Assembly (NCBI GenBank): GCA_005223125.1
Contig: NJBH01000001.1
Coordinates: 180,495-244,494, forward strand
DNA length: 64,000 nucleotides
Direction: 5' to 3'
DNA from: Promethearchaeota archaeon Loki_b32
Lineage (GTDB): Archaea > Asgardarchaeota > Lokiarchaeia > Sigyniarchaeales > SOKP01
Within the stretch, counting starts at the first letter, position 1. Each line of letters starts with the position of its first letter. Below the pieces are notes generated by a model, which saw nothing but the letters and a program-made list of their open reading frames with translations, was not told where the DNA came from and ran no database searches. Both the position numbers and the translations under genes were made by a program. Positions 19,389 through 28,436 of the stretch are shown piece by piece.

Positions 19389-20525
19389 ATGGATAATTTA
19401 GAGCTTTTATCTGAATACTCATTGTTTTTAAGAGAAAAAAAAGAAGAAGGAAAAAAAGTAGTAGCTTTTATTTCTCATGATAACATCCCAGAAGAATTAC
19501 TAGATGCTGCTGGATTCGTACCTTTAAGATTAATGTTTGCAGGAAACGATGAATTAATGGATGCTAGCCATGATTATTTATCTCCTTCTACTTGTGCTTT
19601 TGCACAGTCTTGTATTGGGTTATTTTCAATAAAACCTAGCCATTATCGATTTTTAGATATAATAGACTATTTTATTATTTCAAATCATTGTGTAAGTGAT
19701 ATATGCGCATCGGAAATTATTTCTAAATATTTTAATATTCCTCGGTTGAATTTTTATATATCATATACTAAAAATGACAATAGTGGGAAATATTTTAAAT
19801 TAGAATTACTGGATTTTAAAGATCAATTGGAAAAAATTAGTGGAATTAAGATAAAAAATGAGGATTTAAAAGAAAGTATCCGAAACTATAATAATTTTAA
19901 GAAAAAAATATTTGAATTTAGTAATTTGAATATAATAGGGTCAGAAAAATTAAGAGTTCTTCAAAGAGCAATGCTGTATGGGCCCCCATTTTTACCCGAA
20001 TTAGAATCTCATATTCAAATGTTCAAGGAAAATCAAGTTCAAAAAACTGATAATTTAAAAGGAATATTAATTACAGGGGGTTCTATTTTTTTAAATGATT
20101 TTCTAATTGATTTAATAGAAGAAGCAGGAGGGAATGTTATCTTTTTTGATACTTGGGTTGGATATAGCTATTATTCCCAAATTTTTGAAGATAACATTAT
20201 TGATTCAATAGAAAATCCTCTTGATTTATTAGTGAATCGCTTTAAGAACAATATCTATGATGATCACTCTGTTCCTAATTTTTTAGAGAACAAAATATCT
20301 CAAATTGAGTTAGTTTACCAAGAATATTTCAAGAAAACTGGAAGAAAATTAGGGATTATAAATCATATTATAAAATTCTGTGATCATATTTCCCTAATGT
20401 CATCACATTTAAAAAATCGACTGCAGCAAAAAGGGATTTCAGTTTTAAATCTCGAGAGAGATTACTCAAAAGCAAATCGCGGTCAATTATCAACTAGAAT
20501 AGAAGCATTTTTGGAGATGATGTAA
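19389..20525 (+). CDS. 2-hydroxyacyl-CoA dehydratase family subunit (HgdB/FldC-like)
   Basis: PEELLDAAG, TCAF, HC, KFCD, GQLSTRIEAFLEM. Confidence 0.88.
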   Translation: MDNLELLSEYSLFLREKKEEGKKVVAFISHDNIPEELLDAAGFVPLRLMFAGNDELMDASHDYLSPSTCAFAQSCIGLFSIKPSHYRFLDIIDYFIISNHCVSDICASEIISKYFNIPRLNFYISYTKNDNSGKYFKLELLDFKDQLEKISGIKIKNEDLKESIRNYNNFKKKIFEFSNLNIIGSEKLRVLQRAMLYGPPFLPELESHIQMFKENQVQKTDNLKGILITGGSIFLNDFLIDLIEEAGGNVIFFDTWVGYSYYSQIFEDNIIDSIENPLDLLVNRFKNNIYDDHSVPNFLENKISQIELVYQEYFKKTGRKLGIINHIIKFCDHISLMSSHLKNRLQQKGISVLNLERDYSKANRGQLSTRIEAFLEMM

Positions 20526-20527
20526 AA

Positions 20528-21895
20528 ATGAGCCTTATTGCAGATGACATTGTTAGATTTAGTTCTGTCTTAAAGATAGCTTACAACCTCTTAACAGGTA
20601 GAGAATATTTAAAAAGAAAAAAATTTAGAGAAAAAAAGAAGCTAATTTCAGTAGCATTACCATTCTCCGATTTAGTTTATGGGTTTCCTGATTTAGTTCC
20701 TGTTTTTCCTATTAGAACGCACACATTTAAAATGCATAAATATCTAACGTATTTAGGTTCTGCTTCAAATATTTTTGGCTGGAAAAATGTAGCCAATTTT
20801 TTAGGTTATATAAAAAACATGGGTATTGGCGATGTAAGCAAAATTATTGATGAGATTATAGATAATGTGATAGATACTGTAAATGATAAATACAATGAAA
20901 TGTACGACATTGGAGTAGAAAATGGTATACCTACTGACTTTTGTTATGGAATAAAAATTCTCTATGGAATGCATGTTACAAAAGGGAAGAATTATGATGC
21001 TAATTTAAATTATACTATACGATGTAGTGCGTGGAATAAATATCTTGAATCTTTAAAAACAATTAATAACTCGCCAAAACAAATCTGGATTGATATACCA
21101 CCTAGAAACGTTGGTAATGCACTAGAATTACTAATAGAAAATATTTATGATGGAATAAGAGAATTAGAAAAAGTTAGTGGGAACAGCTATGATAGAAACA
21201 TTCTTAGAAATCATTTCCAGGTTGGTAATGAAATAAGGAAGGTATATAAAACAATCCTATATGAAATAAGCACGTCTGATTTTTATCCCTGTAATCCTGC
21301 CACATTTAGTGAAATATTAGTAATATTAAATAATAGTTTTCAAGATTATAATTCCAATGCAATTCGATATCGAGATAATATGAACTCTTTACTATATGAA
21401 ATGAAAGAGAGAGTGAGAAAAAAAATTGGCATGGATGTTAGCAATATGCCAAAAATTTTATTTACTCCTATGTTTGGGGGGTGGGAACCAAAAACCCATG
21501 AAATAATATATGAGCTCGGTGGACGAGTATTGTATGCTGACTGGGATCTGTTATTAACATTAGAGGAAATACCTATTAAAACAAAAACTGATCCTGTTGA
21601 AGCTTATGCAAGTTATCTAATGAATATCACAACAAATGGTATAGGTTGTGATAATGATAAACTAACAGATTCTTATTTACGAATAGCAAAAAAATTAAAT
21701 GTAGATGGTCTTATATTTAACCAAGTTTTTGGTTGCCATTCAGTATCTAATTGTTTCACGATGCTAAAGGAAAAAATTCGTCGAGAACTTGAAATCCCTA
21801 GTATTGCTCTCACTTTTAATAGGATAGGGGAAAATATTGAGCAAGTTAAGACGCGTCTTGGAGCTTTTATGGAAATGTTTAGGAGTTTTAAATAG
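20528..21895 (+). CDS. 2-hydroxyacyl-CoA dehydratase family subunit (HgdA/FldB-like)
   Basis: DFCY, IRC, GCH, EQVKTRLGAFME; 3 nt after the previous gene. Confidence 0.8.
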   Translation: MSLIADDIVRFSSVLKIAYNLLTGREYLKRKKFREKKKLISVALPFSDLVYGFPDLVPVFPIRTHTFKMHKYLTYLGSASNIFGWKNVANFLGYIKNMGIGDVSKIIDEIIDNVIDTVNDKYNEMYDIGVENGIPTDFCYGIKILYGMHVTKGKNYDANLNYTIRCSAWNKYLESLKTINNSPKQIWIDIPPRNVGNALELLIENIYDGIRELEKVSGNSYDRNILRNHFQVGNEIRKVYKTILYEISTSDFYPCNPATFSEILVILNNSFQDYNSNAIRYRDNMNSLLYEMKERVRKKIGMDVSNMPKILFTPMFGGWEPKTHEIIYELGGRVLYADWDLLLTLEEIPIKTKTDPVEAYASYLMNITTNGIGCDNDKLTDSYLRIAKKLNVDGLIFNQVFGCHSVSNCFTMLKEKIRRELEIPSIALTFNRIGENIEQVKTRLGAFMEMFRSFK

Positions 21896-21902
21896 GACAT
21901 AA

Positions 21903-22385
21903 TTAAGCTTTTTTTTTTGGGAAGAACATCTTTCTACTTGAATGGACTGCTTCGAAGTAGTCTTTATATTTTTCGATGTCATCATGAATTTCTTCTAATT
22001 CTTCATTTTCTAACATATTAATAAAAATTCTTTTTAAGGATATATATAATTTAGGAATAAATGTATCTATTTGAGATAATTGGTAAGCTAGTTCTTTGAT
22101 TGAAGAAAAATCCAATTTTAAGTTAATTTCTCTTAGTTTAATTTTTTCAATTATTTTATTCTCAATTTTTCTTCTAGAAACGTTACTCCATGTTATTTCA
22201 TATGAAAAATAGAATAGACTTTGCACGAATTCAGTTAAAAGTGCGGTTCCTGTTGCTATAGCAAGGCTTCCTGTAATGATGTATGCTGTTAAAGTCCCTA
22301 GTATTAATGTTATTGATCTATAAATTAAACTTTTAAAAAGACTTTGTTTCCACTCTATTTTCTGCAATTTTTTTTTTGATTTCAT
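21903..22385 (-). CDS. DUF2061-like small membrane domain plus soluble tail
   Basis: SLFKSLIYR...AYIITGS...YFSYEITW. Confidence 0.65.
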   Translation of the reverse strand: MKSKKKLQKIEWKQSLFKSLIYRSITLILGTLTAYIITGSLAIATGTALLTEFVQSLFYFSYEITWSNVSRRKIENKIIEKIKLREINLKLDFSSIKELAYQLSQIDTFIPKLYISLKRIFINMLENEELEEIHDDIEKYKDYFEAVHSSRKMFFPKKKA

Positions 22386-22744
22386 CTTAAGGTTTTTACC
22401 ATTCTAATTTTATAAGAATTTCAGTTATTATCTTTAATAATTTTTTGCATAAAAAAAAGAAATGGCATTAGAAGTTCTTCTCAAGGTTTTCTTAATTTCT
22501 CTTTTGTGTAACAATTAATATTTATCTCCCTTTTCTTTCTCAACTATTCAATTTTTAATTCTCTTTCTTTCACCTTAATAGAAATTAAGTGAAGTCTTTT
22601 TAAAATAACGAACTAGACTAATTGAAAAACATTTTGTTAAATTTATTAATTCTCATAAATTTTATTAGAATTTTATGATTAAATTTAAATTGTAAATTTT
22701 TAAGTATTAAAAATAATATTTTAATTTATTAAAGCCCTAGTAAA

Positions 22745-24100
22745 ATGAGTATATACGCAGATGATGTCGTAAACTTTACATCTGTTTTAAAAATTGCCTA
22801 TAATTTTTTAACGGGTAGAGATTATTTACAGAAAAAGAAATCAAAAGAGAGAAAAACTTTAATTTCCGTGGCATCCGGTTTTCCTGATTTGGTATTTGCG
22901 GCAGATTCAATCCCTGTTTTCCCTATTCGTATGGAAAAATTTAAACTTAATCTTTATTTGCTTGCTCTAAATTCTGCGACAAATCTTTTTGGTTGGAATC
23001 TTACAACTAAATTATTAGGAATAGCACGACAAGTAGACTTTTTGAAAATAGTAGATAATGTTTTAAATGATGTGATTAGCACAATTAACAAAAGATATAA
23101 TTTATTATATGATTTAGCAGTTCAAAAGAATGTATCGCCAAATTTTTGTTTTGGTGTTAAATCTCTTTATGGAATGCATATTTCAGAATCAAATAATTGT
23201 GATTGTACCTTAAATTTTACAATAAGATGTAATAAATATAATAATTATTTAAAATCCTTAAGAGCAATAGTTACAAACCAAGTGTGGGTAGATATCCCTT
23301 CAAAGGATAAAGGAAATGAGAATGAAACCTTAGAAATTATGGTTAATAATATTAAAACTGCAATAACAGAGCTAGAAAATATAACCGGAAATATTGTTAC
23401 TGATAATAGTTTAAATAAACAATTTCGTATTGGAAATCAGGTAAAAAGATATTATAAAACAATTCTTTATGAAATAAGCACGTCAGATTTTTATCCTTGT
23501 AACCCTGCTACATTTTCAGAAATATTAGCATTATTGACGATATCTTTTCAAGATTATAACTCTAATGCTCAGAGATATTTAGAAAATATTAGTCAATTAG
23601 TAAAAGAAATGAGGGAACGTATAAATCAAGGCGTAGGAATGGAAGTTTCTAATAGACCAAGAATTTTATTAACTCCAATATTCAATGGCTGGGAACCTGA
23701 AGCTCAAGAAATTATATATAATTTAGGCGGGAGAGTGGTTTACTCAGATTGGGATTTACTTGGATTATTAGAAGAAATCCCCGTTTCAAAAGATTCTGAT
23801 CCAATTGAAGAATATGCACGATTCCTTTTAAATAGCTCAAATAAAGGTTTGCTATGCTTAGATAATTGCGAAGCACTAATCAATTCTTACCAAAAATACG
23901 TTAAAAAGACAAGAGTAAATGGTCTTATAATTAATCAACTTGATGATTGTCATATAAGTTCCACTTGCTATGATTTAATGAAAAATAAAATCAGAACAGA
24001 AATAAGAATACCATCAATAGGAATTAACTTTAAGAAGATCGGCGAAAATATCGAACAAACAAAAGGTAAATTAATTCCTTTTATGGATCTTTTTAGTTAA
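22745..24100 (+). CDS. Second paralog of the HgdA-like dehydratase subunit
   Basis: Collinear with 20528..21895 (SVLKIAYN, YKTILYEISTSDFYPCNPATFSEIL, IGENIEQ). Confidence 0.8.
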   Translation: MSIYADDVVNFTSVLKIAYNFLTGRDYLQKKKSKERKTLISVASGFPDLVFAADSIPVFPIRMEKFKLNLYLLALNSATNLFGWNLTTKLLGIARQVDFLKIVDNVLNDVISTINKRYNLLYDLAVQKNVSPNFCFGVKSLYGMHISESNNCDCTLNFTIRCNKYNNYLKSLRAIVTNQVWVDIPSKDKGNENETLEIMVNNIKTAITELENITGNIVTDNSLNKQFRIGNQVKRYYKTILYEISTSDFYPCNPATFSEILALLTISFQDYNSNAQRYLENISQLVKEMRERINQGVGMEVSNRPRILLTPIFNGWEPEAQEIIYNLGGRVVYSDWDLLGLLEEIPVSKDSDPIEEYARFLLNSSNKGLLCLDNCEALINSYQKYVKKTRVNGLIINQLDDCHISSTCYDLMKNKIRTEIRIPSIGINFKKIGENIEQTKGKLIPFMDLFS

Positions 24101-24110
24101 ATTAAAAGGT

Positions 24111-24677
24111 TTACATGCCAAAAAAATCAGAAGGCTTTAATAAATGCGAGTCTTCATCTTCTTTCTTCTTTTTTTCTTTTTCATGTGGATCTACCCATTC
24201 TGGTTCTCCAGCAGCCTTTGCACCGCCAGGACCTTTTAATCCCTGTGGCTTTAAATTGATGTCGGCGGATATGGACTCTGGTTGTTGTCCTACGGCAATT
24301 GGTGCTGCCGGTACATATGTAATCCCTCCTGCTTTTAAAACTTTTAATTCACTTAATACTTTCTCTAAATTCATTGTTTGTACGCTTTTATTCATAGTGT
24401 CCATTATTTCTTTTAATGATTTTGATGTTTCTCTTAATCCTCTTGGATTAATTCCTGTAAGTAGAGAATCTAAATTAACACTTATACTTTCATTTAAATC
24501 AGTTAGGGATTCTAATACAGTACTCCAATGTTTGTTCATTTGAGATTCAATTGCACTAATCATTTTAATTGTTTCGTTCATAAAATTGACGTGAGCCTCA
24601 TAACGTTCTTCATCTTTTGCCCGAAGATCCGAGATGAGCATAATTAATTTCCTTAAAGCGTCTTTTTCTTCACTCAT
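24111..24677 (-). CDS. Hypothetical protein: helical N-terminus, low-complexity tail ending KPSDFFGM
   Basis: 188-aa ORF with an ATG start, divergent from the GH13 gene. Confidence 0.65.
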   Translation of the reverse strand: MSEEKDALRKLIMLISDLRAKDEERYEAHVNFMNETIKMISAIESQMNKHWSTVLESLTDLNESISVNLDSLLTGINPRGLRETSKSLKEIMDTMNKSVQTMNLEKVLSELKVLKAGGITYVPAAPIAVGQQPESISADINLKPQGLKGPGGAKAAGEPEWVDPHEKEKKKKEDEDSHLLKPSDFFGM

Positions 24678-24812
24678 TTTTTACCAAAATATATATTATT
24701 TTTTCTATTATAAATATGATTATAAATAAATTTATATGTATTCATTTAGTAAATAAACAAATCCATAATAATTCCATTAATTTATTTGAATAAATCTTTG
24801 TGAAATATTAAA

Positions 24813-26306
24813 ATGACAATTAAAAATTCCGAATGGATCAGAAATCCAAAAATATATGAAATTAATACATGGCCCTGGCTTCATTCATTATCTGAAATTT
24901 ATAAGAAAACAATTTCTTTAAATAACATACCAGATGAAGTTTTTAACCAAGAGATAAAACATTTTGATGCTGTTTGGCTCATGGGTGTTTGGGAAAGAAG
25001 TCCTGCTAGCAAAAAAATAGCTCTCGACCATCCAGATCTACAGCAAGAGTATCACAAAGCTTTACATGATTTTAAGGACGAAGATGTAATCGGTTCGCCT
25101 TATGCTGTGTATTATTATCATGTAGATAACAATATTGGTGGAATTGATGGGTTAAAAAGTTTCAGAAAGAGATTGGCTGAACGAAATATTAAGTTAATAT
25201 TAGATTACGTCCCCAATCATGTTTCTGTTGATTCTTTATGGACTTTTGACTCAAACTTATTTATTGAAGGATTTTTGGATGATCTAATGACTCATCCTTA
25301 TGATTTTTTCAGTGTTGGGGAAAAGGTATACGCAAATGGACGAGATCCAAATTTTCCTCCTTGGACTGACACAATACAAATTAATGCTTTCTCAGAAGAA
25401 GCTCGCCAAAAAACGATAAGTACTCTCCTTAACATTGCTGAACTCTCTGATGGAGTTCGATGTGATATGGCAATGTTAATGACAAATAATGTTTTTCGCA
25501 GAACCTGGGGTCAAAAAGCAGGTTCTACCCCAGATAAGGAGTTCTGGGAAGAAGTCATTCCAACTGTGAAAGAAAAATATCCAAATTTTTTATTTATAGC
25601 AGAAGTATATTGGGATATGGAATGGGAACTTCAACAACAAGGATTTGATTTTTGTTATGATAAAAGGTTATATGAAAGATTAGCTCATGAAAATGCTAGT
25701 ACGATTAGAGATCACCTCAAGGCGGAATGGGCATATCAGAGCAAGTTATTAAGATTTATTGAAAATCATGATGAAGTAAGGGTTTTAGAAAAATTCGGAG
25801 AAGAAAAATCAAAAGCAGCAGCTATGATAGCATTAACTTTACCCGGAGCAAGGTTAATTTATGAGGGGCAAACTTGTGGTTCTAAGATAAAATTACCAGT
25901 TCAATTAGGAAGATTTCCTTTCGAAGAACCTAATAAAAAAATTTTTGATTTTTATCAAGAATTATTAAAATCTATTCCTGGAAGAGAATACGGTAAAGGT
26001 AGTTGGTCTCTTTGTGAAGCGAAATTAGTAAATTTGAATAATTCTTCATTTTCGAATATAATTTCTTATTTATGGTGGGTTAATGATAATTATCGACTTA
26101 TTGTTGTTAATTATAGCCCAAATCCTTCAAAAGCTCATATAAAAATAAGTCCTTTCCATTTCGATACAAATAGATGGATTTTCACTGATTTGGTGCTTAA
26201 AAAATCATATATTTATAATGGTGAAGATTTGTATAAATATGGTTTATATGTTGATTTAAATGCTTGGAAAGGGCATATTTTTAATATAAAAAAAGAAAGT
26301 AACTAG
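24813..26306 (+). CDS. GH13 alpha-amylase family glycoside hydrolase
   Basis: DYVPNH, GVRCDMA (nucleophile), IAEVY (acid/base), ENHD. Confidence 0.92.
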   Translation: MTIKNSEWIRNPKIYEINTWPWLHSLSEIYKKTISLNNIPDEVFNQEIKHFDAVWLMGVWERSPASKKIALDHPDLQQEYHKALHDFKDEDVIGSPYAVYYYHVDNNIGGIDGLKSFRKRLAERNIKLILDYVPNHVSVDSLWTFDSNLFIEGFLDDLMTHPYDFFSVGEKVYANGRDPNFPPWTDTIQINAFSEEARQKTISTLLNIAELSDGVRCDMAMLMTNNVFRRTWGQKAGSTPDKEFWEEVIPTVKEKYPNFLFIAEVYWDMEWELQQQGFDFCYDKRLYERLAHENASTIRDHLKAEWAYQSKLLRFIENHDEVRVLEKFGEEKSKAAAMIALTLPGARLIYEGQTCGSKIKLPVQLGRFPFEEPNKKIFDFYQELLKSIPGREYGKGSWSLCEAKLVNLNNSSFSNIISYLWWVNDNYRLIVVNYSPNPSKAHIKISPFHFDTNRWIFTDLVLKKSYIYNGEDLYKYGLYVDLNAWKGHIFNIKKESN

Positions 26307-26332
26307 CAAGGAAAAAAAAGGTAAAATAAATT

Positions 26333-27013
26333 ATGGATCCTCTTAATACAATTAAAATAACTACTGCATTAATTTCAGTTCTTATTGCATTTACTGCAGG
26401 ATTTATAGAGTTACGTTTAAATCCCGATTATTGGCTAAATAGATGGTTTGCAATTTTTTTTATTTCAACATCTTTAGGGTTTCTTACATACACAATTTAT
26501 CATCTAATATTAAATTTTTCTCAAATAATTATTCCCATTATGATAATAGCACAAATTATTTTCAATCTTGTTCCTGTTTCCGCGGTAATGACAGTATTCG
26601 TATTAGAAAAATTTAAAAAAGTAGCGATGAATCTTAAACATCTTGGTCTTATGATGGGATTGTTTGTAATAATGAGTATTGGATTTTTTATCTGGATTCC
26701 AGAATTAGATATGGTTCGTTATGGAGAAGGTATTGTTAATACTGACACACCCAAGGAATGGTTTCTTTTTGTGAATACTATGAGGTTGATTTTATGCATT
26801 TTTGTTGTTTACAAATATGCTATGATTATTCGAAAACTTGAAGGTGAAGCGAAAAAAAGAGTAATAAACTTCCTTATAGGAATAATCGTTGCTATTACAG
26901 GGGTGTTTATCAATGTACTTGGAGGGTTTCTCGATTTCATATTCCTCGAAATTTTTGCTTTAATTTTAATAGATATAGGTTTTGTAGTAGTCGTTAAGGG
27001 TTTTTTTATTTAG
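26333..27013 (+). CDS. Stand-alone roughly 7-TM membrane protein (resembles HisKA_7TM sensor modules)
   Basis: About 7 hydrophobic segments, NPxxxLNRWF after TM1, no output domain. Confidence 0.65.
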   Translation: MDPLNTIKITTALISVLIAFTAGFIELRLNPDYWLNRWFAIFFISTSLGFLTYTIYHLILNFSQIIIPIMIIAQIIFNLVPVSAVMTVFVLEKFKKVAMNLKHLGLMMGLFVIMSIGFFIWIPELDMVRYGEGIVNTDTPKEWFLFVNTMRLILCIFVVYKYAMIIRKLEGEAKKRVINFLIGIIVAITGVFINVLGGFLDFIFLEIFALILIDIGFVVVVKGFFI

Positions 27014-27021
27014 TCGAAGTT

Positions 27022-27063
27022 TTAATGCATAACAACTGTTTTTGCTAAGTTCTTAGGTAGATC
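27022..27063 (-). pseudogene. Remnant 3' end of a glmS allele
   Basis: Reads DLPKNLAKTVVMH-stop versus intact GlmS DKPLNLSKTVTVH-stop. Confidence 0.7.
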
Positions 27064-27149
27064 TAGACTTCCTAAATAAGTTTTATTAAGAGTTAGAAAT
27101 TTATTTTATTAAAAAAAAGAAATATGACCGAGAAAAGAGAAGAATTCAT

Positions 27150-28388
27150 ATGGCAAATAATAAAAACTCATTAATTAGTGCTTTAATTGAAAAGGGAGTC
27201 AAAATACCGAATCCTTTATCTGTTGAGATAGGCGAGGATGTAAATATTAATCTGATATCATCTGACGATGTTACGATACACTCGGGTTGTAAAATTTTTG
27301 GCAAAAAGACGCTTATCATGCAGGGGGTTAAGCTGGGCAGTAGGTCTCCGGTTACTATTAAGAATTGTCAATTAGGTAGAAATGTTGAATTAAAAGGGGG
27401 TTATTTTGAGGAATCAACGTTTCTTGATTCTGCGAATATGGGTGATGGGGCTGAAGTCCGAGAAGGATGTCTCCTGGAAGAGGAGTCAAATGGTGCCCAC
27501 ACAGTAGGTCTTAAACAAACAATTCTTTTTCCTTTTGTTACATTAGGAAGCATTATTAATTTTTGTGATATTTTAATGGCCGGAGGGACGAGTAGAACAA
27601 ATCATAGTGAGGTGGGTAGTTCGTATATTCATTTTAATTACACTCCTAATCAGGATAAAGCAACCGCATCTTTGATTGGGGATGTTGCTCAGGGTGTAAT
27701 GCTCAATCAACCTCCTATCTTTTTAGGAGGTCAAGGTGGACTAGTAGGACCAAGTCGGATAGGATATAATACAGTAATTGCAGCAGGAGTTATTTATCGT
27801 GAAGATTGTCCTCAAGGACATAAGCTTTTATTGGGTAAAGAACCTCAAAAAGAGGATATGGATTTCTATCCTGGATTATACTGGAGTGTTAAAAGAAGAG
27901 TTATAAATTCTATTGAATATATTGCAAATATAATAGCTCTTAGACAATGGTACCTAATTGTACGCTCTAAATTCTATCAAGGAAGTGATATGGAAAAATT
28001 ACTATACGAGAGTGCAATCGAAAAACTTGAGATCATTTTCAATGAGAGAATTAAAAGATTCAAACAACTAGCTAATAAGATGGAAAAATCAATAGAATTA
28101 TATAAATCAATTAAGAGCAATAATGTGTCAGAAGAGTTGATAAATCAAAAAAGAGAGCTTTTTGAGAATATCCAAAAACTAGAGGATGGTTTCAATGAGT
28201 GTCTGTCATATTTGGGGGATAAGAGAAAGAGAGATGAATTTTTAAAGAATATAGATACAAGTAAAATCTATATCAATGCAATAAAAAATTTAAATAAGCA
28301 AAATTTGGTCGTTGGAACTACTTGGCTTTTAGGTATAGTTGAATATACTCGAAATACTATAATGAAATTTCTTCCCTCTTTTATTTAA
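27150..28388 (+). CDS. GlmU-like left-handed beta-helix acyltransferase, no N-terminal nucleotidyltransferase domain
   Basis: LIEKGVKIPNP, hexapeptide repeats, VG...IHFNY; located among amino-sugar genes. Confidence 0.7.
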   Translation: MANNKNSLISALIEKGVKIPNPLSVEIGEDVNINLISSDDVTIHSGCKIFGKKTLIMQGVKLGSRSPVTIKNCQLGRNVELKGGYFEESTFLDSANMGDGAEVREGCLLEEESNGAHTVGLKQTILFPFVTLGSIINFCDILMAGGTSRTNHSEVGSSYIHFNYTPNQDKATASLIGDVAQGVMLNQPPIFLGGQGGLVGPSRIGYNTVIAAGVIYREDCPQGHKLLLGKEPQKEDMDFYPGLYWSVKRRVINSIEYIANIIALRQWYLIVRSKFYQGSDMEKLLYESAIEKLEIIFNERIKRFKQLANKMEKSIELYKSIKSNNVSEELINQKRELFENIQKLEDGFNECLSYLGDKRKRDEFLKNIDTSKIYINAIKNLNKQNLVVGTTWLLGIVEYTRNTIMKFLPSFI

Positions 28389-28436
28389 AAAAATTTTTTC
28401 ATTGATTACTACTGTTTTCGATTTTCAAAAAAAAAT

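Noticed and set aside
24111-24145. C-terminal KPSDFF as a PCNA-binding PIP box
   Set aside because: Lacks the Gln and the hydrophobic residue of QxxhxxFF.
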